A stretch of 64,000 nt of DNA from Cyclobacteriaceae bacterium (GCA_947458585.1 CANGYY010000003.1:17363-81362), one strand, 5' to 3'. Shown: positions 1 through 9,818, numbered from the stretch's first letter. Notes: generated by a model not told the origin, from the letters alone. Translations and numbers: made by a program.

Positions 1-74
1 CCTTCCGAATTTTCAATTCCGACAACGATAAAAAATTCTTGGAAGCAATTCTAAAAAGAAAAGAGTTGATCTAA
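1..74 (+). CDS. 3' end of an unidentified CDS (partial, ...FRIFNSDNDKKFLEAILKRKELI*)
   Basis: Open frame from position 3 to TAA at 72-74, followed directly by a terminator. Confidence 0.55.
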   Translation, partial: FRIFNSDNDKKFLEAILKRKELI

Positions 75-81
75 AGCACCC

Positions 82-112
82 AGGCTGGCCCAATTGAGCC
101 GGCCTTTTTTTC
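82..112 (+). terminator. Rho-independent terminator
   Basis: aggctggc...gccggcct stem followed by a T-run. Confidence 0.75.
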
Positions 113-133
113 ACCCTTTTTTCAAGCCTGCTC

Positions 134-607
134 ATGCAAATCAAACTCGTCGTCTTAGGCAAAACAGATAGCAAAGCCATCCAAGAATTGATCCAGGACT
201 ACAGTGCGCGGCTTGGGCACTACATCCGCTTTGAATTGGAGGTCATCCCAGACCTGAAGCAAAGCAAGTCCCTCTCCGAAGCACTTCAAAAAGAAAAGGA
301 AGGGGAACTCATCCTCAAGAAACTCCTTTCCTCCGACGAATTGATTTTATTGGACGAGCGGGGCAAGTCCTATTCTTCCCTGGAGTTTGCAGACTTTTTA
401 CAGAAGAAGATGAATAGCGGGCTCAAGCAACTGGTATTCGTCGTGGGAGGACCCTACGGCTTTTCCGAGGCCGTGTATGCCCGTGCCCATGGAAAGATTT
501 CCCTTTCCAAAATGACTCTTTCCCATCAAATGATTCGTCCCTTCCTCATCGAACAAGTGTACCGCGCCATGACCATCCTGCGCAACGAACCCTACCACCA
601 CGAGTAA
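134..607 (+). CDS. rlmH: 23S rRNA pseudouridine-1915 N3-methyltransferase
   Basis: 157 aa SPOUT protein with LDERGK, FVVGGPYG, SHQMIR and C-terminal EPYHHE motifs. Confidence 0.95.
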   Translation: MQIKLVVLGKTDSKAIQELIQDYSARLGHYIRFELEVIPDLKQSKSLSEALQKEKEGELILKKLLSSDELILLDERGKSYSSLEFADFLQKKMNSGLKQLVFVVGGPYGFSEAVYARAHGKISLSKMTLSHQMIRPFLIEQVYRAMTILRNEPYHHE

Positions 608-621
608 AATTCAAATTACCC

Positions 622-695
622 CAATGTTAATTTTTTAGTCTTTTTATTGTTCAATGTTAACAAATTGTTAACTTTCATCCATTCAGTTAACATTG
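622..695. promoter_or_regulatory. Cluster of (CAAT)GTTAAC motifs, putative operator
   Basis: caatgttaa at 622 and 652, tgttaac at 666, inverted gttaacattg at 686-695. Confidence 0.4.
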
Positions 696-707
696 GCTTG
701 ATGGACT

Positions 708-1520
708 ATGAAAAAAATACTCCCTTTCTTGCTCTTCTCCCTAGGGGTCGTTACGCTTGGCTTTAGCCAAGAAAACGTCTCTCAGACTGCTATTTCTGGC
801 TTTTCTGAACAAAATCAACCGGTTCAACCGGCATCAATTTTCCTTTTTTTAGAGGAAACTGAAAAGATCCCTTCAATCACGAATTGGGATGGACTTCAAC
901 TGGAATTGGATGCCAAGGCATCCAAAAAAATGGATTCCCTCTCTCTGCTCCGTGTAATTTTTCAAAAAACGCATCAGCGTTTATTGAAAGACTACACCCA
1001 GCATTCCTCTTTCGCGGACCTACTCGAAAGTGGCGCTTATGATTGCGTGAGTGGCTCAGCCGCACTTGGCCTCCTATTGGATCGCTATGGGTATTCCTAC
1101 GAGGTGGTGGAAACCGATTACCATGTATTTATTCAGGTCTACTTGGATGGAAAAACAGTTATCCTAGAAAGCACGCTACCTGTGGGTGGAATGATCACTG
1201 CGCCTTCAGCCGTGAGTGACTACCTGGGCGCTTACCTCAACGAGGGAAAGCCTGTGGCACGAAACATCAACGAAGGACTTGCTGGTACCAAAGTGGACAC
1301 CTCAGATAACACCCTCTTCCGAAAAGTGAATTTATCCGAATTGGCAGGCTTGCAGCATTACAACGAGGCCATTGTACATTTCAACCAGCAGGAATACCAG
1401 CAGGCAATAGCCCTACTATCCAAAGCCTTGGTCCTCTATCCTTCCGAACGCATCGAGGGATTAAAAGACCTTAGCATAGACTTAGCCTACCACACTTACG
1501 GCTTAGATATCCGAAAGTAG
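708..1520 (+). CDS. Exported hypothetical protein with transglutaminase-like core and a C-terminal TPR
   Basis: Signal peptide; YDCVSGS...YHVF Cys/His motif; TPR-like HYNEAIVHF...AIALLSKALVLYP. Confidence 0.6.
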   Translation: MKKILPFLLFSLGVVTLGFSQENVSQTAISGFSEQNQPVQPASIFLFLEETEKIPSITNWDGLQLELDAKASKKMDSLSLLRVIFQKTHQRLLKDYTQHSSFADLLESGAYDCVSGSAALGLLLDRYGYSYEVVETDYHVFIQVYLDGKTVILESTLPVGGMITAPSAVSDYLGAYLNEGKPVARNINEGLAGTKVDTSDNTLFRKVNLSELAGLQHYNEAIVHFNQQEYQQAIALLSKALVLYPSERIEGLKDLSIDLAYHTYGLDIRK

Positions 1521-1546
1521 CCTTTCAAAAAATTGGAGAAATGAAA

Positions 1547-2062
1547 TTAATGGTGGTGGTGTCCATCCGGACCATGTACATGTCCATGTTCAATTTCCAC
1601 AGGAACTGCTTCACGGATGCTCACGATTTTTCCGTCAAACTGAAGATCTAAGCCTGCCAAAGGAGAGTTGAAATCCAAGTGCACACCCATGTAATCTACT
1701 TTGAGCACCTCTCCTCTGAGATGGTTGCCCTTATCGTCCTGCATGGGAATGACGTTTCCCACATGGAGTAGGTCTCTATTTTTTTTGCCCTCTTCTTTAA
1801 AATTGGCTTTGGGGATGATGACTCTTTTTGAGTCATCGTAATCACCATAGCCCTCTTCAAAGCCAATAAATACCGAAAAAGAATCCCCTGCAGCCTTTCC
1901 CTCCAAGGCCTGCTCCAAGGCAGGAAGCAAGTTGTGGTGCCCAAAAAGGAAGTAAAAAGGATCATTGTCCGTCACGGTCTCGTACCAACGCATGCCTGTT
2001 TCCCCATCATCAACCATCAGGGTGTAGGAAACAGCGACGACCATGTTATTTGTAGCAATCAT
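1547..2062 (-). CDS. slyD: FKBP-type peptidyl-prolyl isomerase, SlyD-like
   Basis: VAVSYTL, LEQALEG, EEGYG and DFNSPLAG motifs; His-rich tail HGHVHGPDGHHHH. Confidence 0.9.
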   Translation of the reverse strand: MIATNNMVVAVSYTLMVDDGETGMRWYETVTDNDPFYFLFGHHNLLPALEQALEGKAAGDSFSVFIGFEEGYGDYDDSKRVIIPKANFKEEGKKNRDLLHVGNVIPMQDDKGNHLRGEVLKVDYMGVHLDFNSPLAGLDLQFDGKIVSIREAVPVEIEHGHVHGPDGHHHH

Positions 2063-2080
2063 GACTAGAAGGGATAAGTA

Positions 2081-3772
2081 TTAGCGAAACAGGTAGGTAA
2101 CTGAGAGTTGCCCCACAAAATTGGTGCGGTCATAGCCTGGGATAAACCATTTCTCTGGTTTGTTTTCCAAGTACCATTTGTAATTCAAGGTATTCACGTA
2201 TTGGAATTTGCCGGCCACGAGCACATTCCCAAATTTCCATTCCGGGACGAGTGAAAAGACCAAATCCACGTATTTGTTTCGAAAATCCTTCACTTCTTCG
2301 TAGCGGTAGTAGTAAAAATCATTGTTGTACTCGATACGCTCCAGTTCGATCCCAATTTTTTTCATGCCCTCAATCCAGGCTATGCCTGCAAAAATTTGGT
2401 TGCTGGCCGGGCCATTTCCTAATCCAAGCATCTGCCCTCGGTGTGTGTAGCCATGCCGCACATGGTCATGAATGTACCAGGTTCGGAGTTGTCGGATATC
2501 TTCTCGGATCGTCTGCCCAGAAAAAGTCATCTCGGAGCTTAGCTCCAAAAAGCGATTCTCTTTTTTCAGGTCCATCAAGTGGGAAAATCCGAAGGTAAAC
2601 GCCCTACCTGATTCGGGGGTAGTGATGAAGTCGATGAAAGGGCGGTCATTGTCACGGGTACCGAATTCCCCATAAAACTCGAAACGTCCTTTGGGATCTA
2701 TCCATCGGAAAAAGCCTGTACTAAACTGCTGTCGCTTGGATTGGATGGTATCCAGCACCTGTTGATTTTTCTTTCTTCCGTTAAACACGGGAAGCACATC
2801 CTCCAAATCGGATACTTCCGATCGATACACATTGTTGGTGGAGCCATAGCCAAAAAATAAGCCCGGCACCCATTTGGGTTGGTAGGTGAATACCAGCCCT
2901 GAAAGTTGGCGGTCACCATCCTCCTTTTTTGGATAATGAACAGCAATTTGCTGAAAGGTGTAATCGGCATGTGGAGGTAGAAAATTGGATGCTTCCAGCC
3001 TTCCAGTCATTAATTGCCCTTCAAACGAGCCAACAGCAGACTTAATGGGTCGACGGGTATTCATCGTGTAGTGCAAAAAACCAGGCGCAGAATTTCCCAT
3101 CAACAGGGAATTTCGTCTCCCCGGACCCCACCACAGGTTCTCCGTAGACACACCCAAGGAAATCGCATCCAGGTTTAAGCGAAAACTAGATTGTCCCGGA
3201 ACCAACTTTTGATAGGAACGCTCCCCAAAGCGCTCCGGCAAGTCGATGCGGTTCAGGTATTCGTAGTAAAACAGGATGGTAGACTGCTGCTCGATAGGGA
3301 AACCGATAAACTCCTTATTTTGGGCCCTTACCAGTTCGGGCTGTACTTGCAAACTGAATTTCCACCATTCCACAAACGCCCCTAAGCTATACACCTGTTG
3401 CAATCCACGATTTGGAATCATGGCGCCATCGTTGGTAGCAAAGGGATAGTTGGACGTGAATTGGCTTTTGTATAGTGCGGGGAGGAGTAAAAATTTTCCT
3501 CGCTTCCCGAGGCGATGGTGGAAAACAGAAGAATCCAAATCCACCAAGTTGCCATCCAAATCAAACCCATTCGCCAACCCAAAAGCTGCCGTAGGAATCA
3601 AGGGCCGAATCATAAATGAGGAAGCCGAATCCACCTTGCCGGTCAACTGCAGTCTACGAAGGTAGTCTTCCAAAGAAGGAGCGCCCACAGCAATACTCTG
3701 AGCCCTAGTCCCCTGACTGAATGCGAGCATCCCAACCAGTCCAATTGCCGCTAGAAATAGTCGTAGTTGCAT
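2081..3772 (-). CDS. Capsule assembly Wzi-family outer-membrane protein
   Basis: STENLWWGPG..NSLLM.N.APGF motif; signal peptide from the ATG at 3772, which overlaps the upstream stop; C-terminal beta strand. Confidence 0.8.
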   Translation of the reverse strand: MQLRLFLAAIGLVGMLAFSQGTRAQSIAVGAPSLEDYLRRLQLTGKVDSASSFMIRPLIPTAAFGLANGFDLDGNLVDLDSSVFHHRLGKRGKFLLLPALYKSQFTSNYPFATNDGAMIPNRGLQQVYSLGAFVEWWKFSLQVQPELVRAQNKEFIGFPIEQQSTILFYYEYLNRIDLPERFGERSYQKLVPGQSSFRLNLDAISLGVSTENLWWGPGRRNSLLMGNSAPGFLHYTMNTRRPIKSAVGSFEGQLMTGRLEASNFLPPHADYTFQQIAVHYPKKEDGDRQLSGLVFTYQPKWVPGLFFGYGSTNNVYRSEVSDLEDVLPVFNGRKKNQQVLDTIQSKRQQFSTGFFRWIDPKGRFEFYGEFGTRDNDRPFIDFITTPESGRAFTFGFSHLMDLKKENRFLELSSEMTFSGQTIREDIRQLRTWYIHDHVRHGYTHRGQMLGLGNGPASNQIFAGIAWIEGMKKIGIELERIEYNNDFYYYRYEEVKDFRNKYVDLVFSLVPEWKFGNVLVAGKFQYVNTLNYKWYLENKPEKWFIPGYDRTNFVGQLSVTYLFR

Positions 3773-4434
3773 CAAGAGTTGGTTTGGATGGCTAAAATGG
3801 AAATTTTGGCAATCGACCAAGACTCATCACACTTGGGCCAAGGACTATTGGTTTGCTTCAGTGCATCCCGCATGTGAAAACGCATGGAGTCCACATTCGT
3901 ATGTTCGATAAGCTTCTCTACACGGTACCGGCTGGTATAGTTTTGAAATCCTCCAAATTGGCACAAACCAGGCATGTTGGTTTCAATTGCTCCGGCCTTG
4001 GGGTAATTCTGTCTAAAGAAATCATTGGGGAAAGACTGATACAAGCAATAAAGAGATTCACAAGGGCTGTTGGAAAAGGTAGTGCGCACTACATCCACGC
4101 TATCGATTCCCATAAACCAGTAATCTGGCCCCGAAATGCCATCATCCCAATTGCCGTCCCAGCTGTCGTGAATTAAGATTTCTGCAGATACCTTTAAATA
4201 GTTGTGCGCAGGCAAGTCGTAAAGTGTGACGGCTACCTCTTCATTATTGTACCAACCTGCAATAGTATCGTTTCTCCAGATGAAAAGCCGACCATTTTCA
4301 AAATTGGCAAGATCCAATTTTGAGAAGTTGTTGTTGTAGATTTGAACTTGATTTTCAACGGATTCCACACAGGAAGCCAATCCGAGGAATAACAATAAAG
4401 CAAAAAGATGAAGGCTACGCAGCAACTTTCCCAT
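3772..4434 (-). CDS. Hypothetical Cys-rich lipoprotein
   Basis: Lipobox LASC; IHDSWDGN motif; four further Cys; ATG at 4434. Confidence 0.7.
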   Translation of the reverse strand: MGKLLRSLHLFALLLFLGLASCVESVENQVQIYNNNFSKLDLANFENGRLFIWRNDTIAGWYNNEEVAVTLYDLPAHNYLKVSAEILIHDSWDGNWDDGISGPDYWFMGIDSVDVVRTTFSNSPCESLYCLYQSFPNDFFRQNYPKAGAIETNMPGLCQFGGFQNYTSRYRVEKLIEHTNVDSMRFHMRDALKQTNSPWPKCDESWSIAKISILAIQTNS

Positions 4435-4637
4435 GGAGTAGGGGGTGATTAAAAATTTGATCAAACAAAGAAACAAAAAACGAGGCATTTCTTCCAATTT
4501 AAGGAGCACATTCTCCCGATTCAATTCCTTCCCTCAAGACTAGCAATTGCCGCTATACATTTGATACTGTCTCCTGTTAGCATAAATCAAAAAATAAGGG
4601 ATAATCGTTTACTTTTACTGTTCAATTCCATTTCGCT

Positions 4638-5732
4638 ATGCCTCTTTTTACACTAGTCGCCGGTGCCCGCCCCAATTTCATGAAAATCGCGCCCCTGATT
4701 CATGCTTTGCAAAAAAAGCAAGCCGAGGGTGTTGCTGTGAAATTTCGCCTGGTACACACGGGACAGCATTACGACAAAAACATGTCTGGGGCCTTTTTTG
4801 AGCAGTTGAATATCCCAGCGCCCGATGCCAACTTGGGAGGTGGCGGAGGCACACAGGCCGAGCAAACTGCAGCGATCCTAGTAGCCTTTGAACAGGAATT
4901 GATGGCCCATCGCCCAGACTTGGTATTGGTCGTGGGAGATGTGACCAGCACCCTTGCCTGCTCCATCGCGGCCAAAAAATTACAAATCGAGGTTGCGCAC
5001 GTGGAAGCAGGCATCCGCTCCGGTGACCTGAGCATGCCCGAAGAAATCAACCGCATGGTGACGGACTCGATCACGGATCACTTTTTTACCACCTCCGAAA
5101 TCGCCAACACCAACTTGCGAGCTGCAGGCGTGCCGGAAGAAAAAATTCACTTTGTGGGCAATACGATGATCGATACGCTGCTCGCGCAGCAACCACGCTT
5201 TACCAAGCCACAAGGAGCCCCTTTTGATCAATTGATCCCTAAAGAATACTTTGTAGTGACCCTGCATCGCCCTGCCAATGTGGACAATGAAGACTCCTTA
5301 CGGGAGCTGATGGCGGCTATTTTGGATGGAACTGTTGGGCTGCCTTTGATTTTCCCTGTACATCCCCGAACCGCCAAAAACTTGGAGCGTTTGGGAATCG
5401 CAGCGCCAAACCTCCACTTGATCAGCCCACTGGGCTACTTGGAATTTAACTACCTCGTGCAGCACGCCAAGGGAATCATTACAGATTCAGGCGGAGTGAC
5501 AGAAGAAGCCTCCGTGATGAATGTGCCTTGTCTTACGCTACGGGATAGTACGGAGCGCGCAGAAACCATCCACCTCGGCACGAATGTGCTGGTGGGCACG
5601 GATCCCAAAAATCTGAAGCCTTACTTGGATAAAATTCTCCGAGGAGAGTGGAAACAGTACCAGGGGATTCCGCTTTGGGATGGCAAGACCGCCACGCGCA
5701 TCGTGGATATCTTGCTCCAGCATTACAGCTAA
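4638..5732 (+). CDS. wecB: UDP-N-acetylglucosamine 2-epimerase (non-hydrolysing)
   Basis: GARPNFMK, HTGQHY, HVEAGIRS, PEEINR and TDSGG motifs. Confidence 0.95.
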   Translation: MPLFTLVAGARPNFMKIAPLIHALQKKQAEGVAVKFRLVHTGQHYDKNMSGAFFEQLNIPAPDANLGGGGGTQAEQTAAILVAFEQELMAHRPDLVLVVGDVTSTLACSIAAKKLQIEVAHVEAGIRSGDLSMPEEINRMVTDSITDHFFTTSEIANTNLRAAGVPEEKIHFVGNTMIDTLLAQQPRFTKPQGAPFDQLIPKEYFVVTLHRPANVDNEDSLRELMAAILDGTVGLPLIFPVHPRTAKNLERLGIAAPNLHLISPLGYLEFNYLVQHAKGIITDSGGVTEEASVMNVPCLTLRDSTERAETIHLGTNVLVGTDPKNLKPYLDKILRGEWKQYQGIPLWDGKTATRIVDILLQHYS

Positions 5733-5758
5733 GGCTCTTTCACATTAACAAAAAAATA

Positions 5759-6164
5759 CTCTCCCCGCAATGCTGCGGGACAGGCAGCAAAGAAGGAAAG
5801 GCCTACCTACCCCAGGCAGGAAGGCTTCGCGCGAGTTTATTTTTTTTGCGCGCAAAGACGCGAAGGCCTGCCTGCGGAAGGCAGGCGCAAAGAAATACTA
5901 TCCTTGGCAGCTTTGTGTCTTAGCGAGAAATTATCCTTTTCTCTCGCAAAGAAAGGAAGCCGCGAAGAAATAACCCTTTGCGCCTGCCTTCCGCAGGTAG
6001 GTCTTGGCGCCTTTGCGCGATAACTTCTTTTTGTTTTCGTCAAGGCCTGCCTACCGCAGGCAGGAAGGCTTCGCGTGAGTATTTTTATTTCTCGCAAAGA
6101 AGAGAAGGCGCAAAGAGCTTACTTAAGTTCTTTGCGCCTTCCCTACTTTGCGTCTTTGCGTGAG
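5759..6164. repeat. Composite REP/BIME-like palindromic array: five hairpin units built from CGCAAAG/CTTTGCG octamer-like repeats, with nested CCTGCC..GGCAGG mini-palindromes
   Basis: Direct repeat 5798-5843 vs 6042-6086; inverted pair 5860-5892 vs 5976-6008; T-rich spacers; lies between convergent genes. Confidence 0.85.
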
Positions 6165-6199
6165 ATTATTTTTTTTTGCAGAGTTGAGGAGCCTCTCCA

Positions 6200-6778
6200 T
6201 CACTCTACCCAACCCCAAGGAGCAGGGGGAGTATCGATGGGCTTGGTCAGGTCAAACTTTACTGAGAATAGTGTAGCCGATCCAAGCCTTCTCAGGTTGT
6301 AGGTAAAGGAAGTTTCGTCCATATTAATCCACCACACATTGCCTACTGCTGCAGGAAGCAAGCCCGCAGTAAAAGCGTCTGCTGGGAAAAATTGCGTGCT
6401 GGCGGAACCCGTATTCGTAGCCTTACCCCCATACTGCGTCACTGCATCCTCAGATCCATCGGCATGCCGGTGGTCGTGCTTGAGTTGGATCAACTGCTGC
6501 TCATCCATCGTCAGCACCCAAGTGCGGGAAAGATCCTCCCCCACAAAAAAGGGAATCCGAAGACGCACATCCTCACAGCTACGCACATGCATCACCAACT
6601 TCCCAGCAAAACGGGGATCAGACTCGGGTGATACCAATTTGCCTTCGTAACTTTTTCCGCAGTGGCTAGACAAGGTCTCCCAAAATTGCTGGGAAGGAGC
6701 TTTATCTTGAGCGAAAACTTGAGGAAGGCACCCTAAAAAAAGGATCGCAACAAAAAGGAATAGGCTGGTATTTTTCAT
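6200..6778 (-). CDS. Exported conserved hypothetical protein
   Basis: Signal peptide VFA-Q; CGKSYEG, SRTWVLT and LKHDHRH.DG motifs. Confidence 0.75.
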   Translation of the reverse strand: MKNTSLFLFVAILFLGCLPQVFAQDKAPSQQFWETLSSHCGKSYEGKLVSPESDPRFAGKLVMHVRSCEDVRLRIPFFVGEDLSRTWVLTMDEQQLIQLKHDHRHADGSEDAVTQYGGKATNTGSASTQFFPADAFTAGLLPAAVGNVWWINMDETSFTYNLRRLGSATLFSVKFDLTKPIDTPPAPWGWVE

Positions 6779-6834
6779 AGCTGGGAAAGTACCGAATTTT
6801 GGGAGAAAGTCATTCCTTCATTCCGATTAGACAT

Positions 6835-6860
6835 AAAAAAAGCCACCCGAAGGTGGCTTT
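6835..6860 (-). terminator. Terminator of the TonB-receptor operon
   Basis: aaagccacc-cgaa-ggtggcttt stem with an A-run on the + strand. Confidence 0.8.
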
Positions 6861-6879
6861 CAAATTTGGTCTATTGAGC

Positions 6880-9783
6880 TTAGAAAGAAAATCCTATGCT
6901 AAAGTTGACACGCATACCTGGAGCAAGCTGCGTGAAGAACTGATCCTGAGCACCGTAGGAACTAAAGATAAATTCACGCTTGTCATTGAGTAGGTTTTGT
7001 ACCCCAAGACTGGTACGGATGCGCTCGTCTGCACCGAAGGTCTTGTTGACATTCAAGTTCAAGGAATTGAATGGTACTGCATACGTATCGGTACGGTTAC
7101 CGAAACCAACCATGTTCAAGGTAGGACCCTGCACGTTGTAGTAGATACCTGCTTCCCAACCCGTATTGAAGTCAGAATAAGCAATTCCGGTATTTACAAT
7201 GTAAGGAGCCTGGCCCGCCATGTCACGCGTATCACCGATTTTTTGGCCTTCTCTAGCAGTCAATTGACGAGATCTTTTCTCGGTAGCAGACATGGAGATT
7301 TGAGACTCGGTAAAGGTCAAGTTGCTCGTCCAAAGGAATTTCTCTAAGCGAGGGCTGATAAACTTCAATGACTTTCTGAATTCCAATTCCACCCCCAAAA
7401 CGGTACCATTTCCTACGTTTCTTGGCTGGAAGGATCCAGGGTCAGAAAGGAACTGTACGATTTCAATAGGATTATCAAAGGTCTTGTAGAATGCCCCTAC
7501 AGACCACATTTCTCCCATAGGCTGGAACATTTCCCAACGCACGTCAAAGTTGTTGATGCGGGTAGATTGCAAATTACCATCCCAAAGAATTTCGGTACCT
7601 CCATCGGTGGTTTCTTGGAACAAGCCCCCTACGAAAGTTCTACCCGTAATCGGGTCAATGATTTCTGCAAAAGAAAGTTCCTTAAAGGAAGGACGAGCAA
7701 TAGTTCGTGTAGCAGAGAATCTTAGGTTCTGAGACTCTTTTAGTGCCAATACCAAATTCAAGGTTGGGAAGAAATCTAGATCATCCAATACCTTCTCATC
7801 ATTAAACACGATGGATGCATTTTGATTGGTTCCAGAATAGAATTGCGTGTACTTCTCTACACGAACACCCACAATAGTCTTCAATTTAGCCAATGGATTG
7901 GCTTCCATACTTGCATAACCACCGATATTGGTGAGGTTAGACTGGAATTTATTTGGGTTGTTTGGAATAAAATCTGGGTTGTAACGAACCCCATTTCTAT
8001 TGGTAGCAGAGAACAAATTGCTTTCCTTCAAAACTGAATTAGGATTTCCATCTAGTGGGGTTGTTCCTGTTGGGAATTGGAAGGACTGAATTTCAAAATC
8101 ACGTTCCTTAAAGGCATAGGAACCTCCAAATTTGAACTTGGCATCTTGATTCCAAAGGCTCATGTTTTTGGCAAGGTCTAGTTTACCCACCAAGTTGTTT
8201 TCCTCCAAATTTCTCCAGATACGTGCAGGCAAACCTACTTCTGGAGAAATGGTATTGGTTGGCAATCTAAATCGGGTAAAGCGAATGTCTGGATCTTCAA
8301 TGGTGGAACGCGTAGGCGCCAACTTCCAGTTAACCTCCCAAACTTTACCCTTTAAAAAGTGATTACCAGATAGCAAGATGCTAGAAAGACCTCGTTGACT
8401 GTATTCTAGATTGTACTGCTTTGCTTCGTAGTTGGCACCCAGGTTGGAGTTTTCGTAGTCGAAAATACCGGCTTTAGATTCCCCGTTTTGAAGGTGCAAA
8501 AAGTTGAGTTTGAATTTAGAGGCCTTTGTTTTCAAGGCGATTCCTGCAATACCTCCAAGAAGCACGCTATTTACTCCGTAGTTACCTGACTGGATTTGGA
8601 GTGCTTCCAATTCATTTTGGTTGGAATCAATTGGCTTGGCAAACAAGTTAAATTGCGCATCCTGATAAAATTCAGTATCGTTTTTGTAAGTCAAGGCAGC
8701 GTTGTAACCCCAAGTGGCTTTTGGTCTTACAATCTGATTTCCGAAGGAAAGTCCCAAACCAAAATCCATCATGGAAGTTTGGTTAGACGCTCCCAAGGTT
8801 TTGTTGAATCCTCTCAGCAATTGCTGAAATTCCTGTCCTTTTGCCCCGTTTGGATTACCGATTACTTCGGCAAACTGAGGAATATTTGTTCTTCCGCCAG
8901 TAGGGTTGGCACGAGTCCCGTCATCATAGCCCAACCAGTCGGTCTTTCCACCCTGGTAGGTCAAGTAATTTGAATTGAAGTGCATGGAAGGATTGACTCC
9001 TCCAGAAATACTCACGCGGAAGGTTTTTTCTTCAGGAAAATCTTTGGTTTCAATATCTACTACACCCCCTGTAAAATCCGCAGGAAGTTCAGCAGTAAAA
9101 GACTTGGACACCACAATGTTGTCAATCACATTGGTGGGAAAAATATCCATTTGGATGGTGTTTCGGTCTGGATCCAGACCAGGAATATCCACTCCATTCA
9201 ATACCGTTTTGGTGTATCGGTCACCTAGGCCACGTACATACACGTATTTACCTCCTTCAATGGAAACGCCCGTGACACGCTTCACAGCAGAAGCAGCATC
9301 ACCATCTCCGATCTGACGAAATGTGGCAGAAGAAATACCATCTAATAAGTTAGGTGCATTTCGCTTCACCGACATCAAGGCAGATTCCGTGGTGCGGATA
9401 GCGGCAGCAGATACGGTCACTGTCTCCAATTCTGACTCCTCTGATTTAAGGAGCACATCGGAAAGCACATTCACTTTTCCAGACTCTACCACTACCTCGG
9501 TCAAGTTGACCGTAGCGAAGGAGATGTAGGAAATTTGAAGGGTGTAAGACCCAGGAGCAAGTTGTATTTCAAACTTTCCATCAAAATCAGTGACAGCACC
9601 TGTGGATGTTTCTTTGACCAACACCGAAACCCCGTAAAGCGGCTCGCCGGTGGATTCATCAAAAATGGCGCCACGGATGGTGCCATTCTGGGCAAATACA
9701 AAGCCCGTAATCAATTGAAATGCAATGATAAGGAGTAGAACGACCAGTGGTTTAATGGGCAGTTCTTGTTTTTTCTTGTTCAT
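6880..9783 (-). CDS. TonB-dependent receptor with N-terminal carboxypeptidase-regulatory-like domain
   Basis: GAVTDFDGKFEI N-domain; plug motif VYVRGLGDRY; ARPSFKEL; C-terminal Phe. Confidence 0.92.
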   Translation of the reverse strand: MNKKKQELPIKPLVVLLLIIAFQLITGFVFAQNGTIRGAIFDESTGEPLYGVSVLVKETSTGAVTDFDGKFEIQLAPGSYTLQISYISFATVNLTEVVVESGKVNVLSDVLLKSEESELETVTVSAAAIRTTESALMSVKRNAPNLLDGISSATFRQIGDGDAASAVKRVTGVSIEGGKYVYVRGLGDRYTKTVLNGVDIPGLDPDRNTIQMDIFPTNVIDNIVVSKSFTAELPADFTGGVVDIETKDFPEEKTFRVSISGGVNPSMHFNSNYLTYQGGKTDWLGYDDGTRANPTGGRTNIPQFAEVIGNPNGAKGQEFQQLLRGFNKTLGASNQTSMMDFGLGLSFGNQIVRPKATWGYNAALTYKNDTEFYQDAQFNLFAKPIDSNQNELEALQIQSGNYGVNSVLLGGIAGIALKTKASKFKLNFLHLQNGESKAGIFDYENSNLGANYEAKQYNLEYSQRGLSSILLSGNHFLKGKVWEVNWKLAPTRSTIEDPDIRFTRFRLPTNTISPEVGLPARIWRNLEENNLVGKLDLAKNMSLWNQDAKFKFGGSYAFKERDFEIQSFQFPTGTTPLDGNPNSVLKESNLFSATNRNGVRYNPDFIPNNPNKFQSNLTNIGGYASMEANPLAKLKTIVGVRVEKYTQFYSGTNQNASIVFNDEKVLDDLDFFPTLNLVLALKESQNLRFSATRTIARPSFKELSFAEIIDPITGRTFVGGLFQETTDGGTEILWDGNLQSTRINNFDVRWEMFQPMGEMWSVGAFYKTFDNPIEIVQFLSDPGSFQPRNVGNGTVLGVELEFRKSLKFISPRLEKFLWTSNLTFTESQISMSATEKRSRQLTAREGQKIGDTRDMAGQAPYIVNTGIAYSDFNTGWEAGIYYNVQGPTLNMVGFGNRTDTYAVPFNSLNLNVNKTFGADERIRTSLGVQNLLNDKREFIFSSYGAQDQFFTQLAPGMRVNFSIGFSF

Positions 9784-9818
9784 ACAGCGTTTAGAGAAAA
9801 TCTTTTTGTAAAGGGGAA

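Noticed and set aside
5759-6164. Possible CRISPR array
   Set aside because: Repeats are degenerate, occur in both orientations and are irregularly spaced; no cas genes are present.
5648-6302. Several short ORFs (e.g. 5770-5973, 5837-6097, 5978-6163) containing PACGRQA/LPSAGR peptides
   Set aside because: They are translations of the palindromic repeat array, with no protein-like features.
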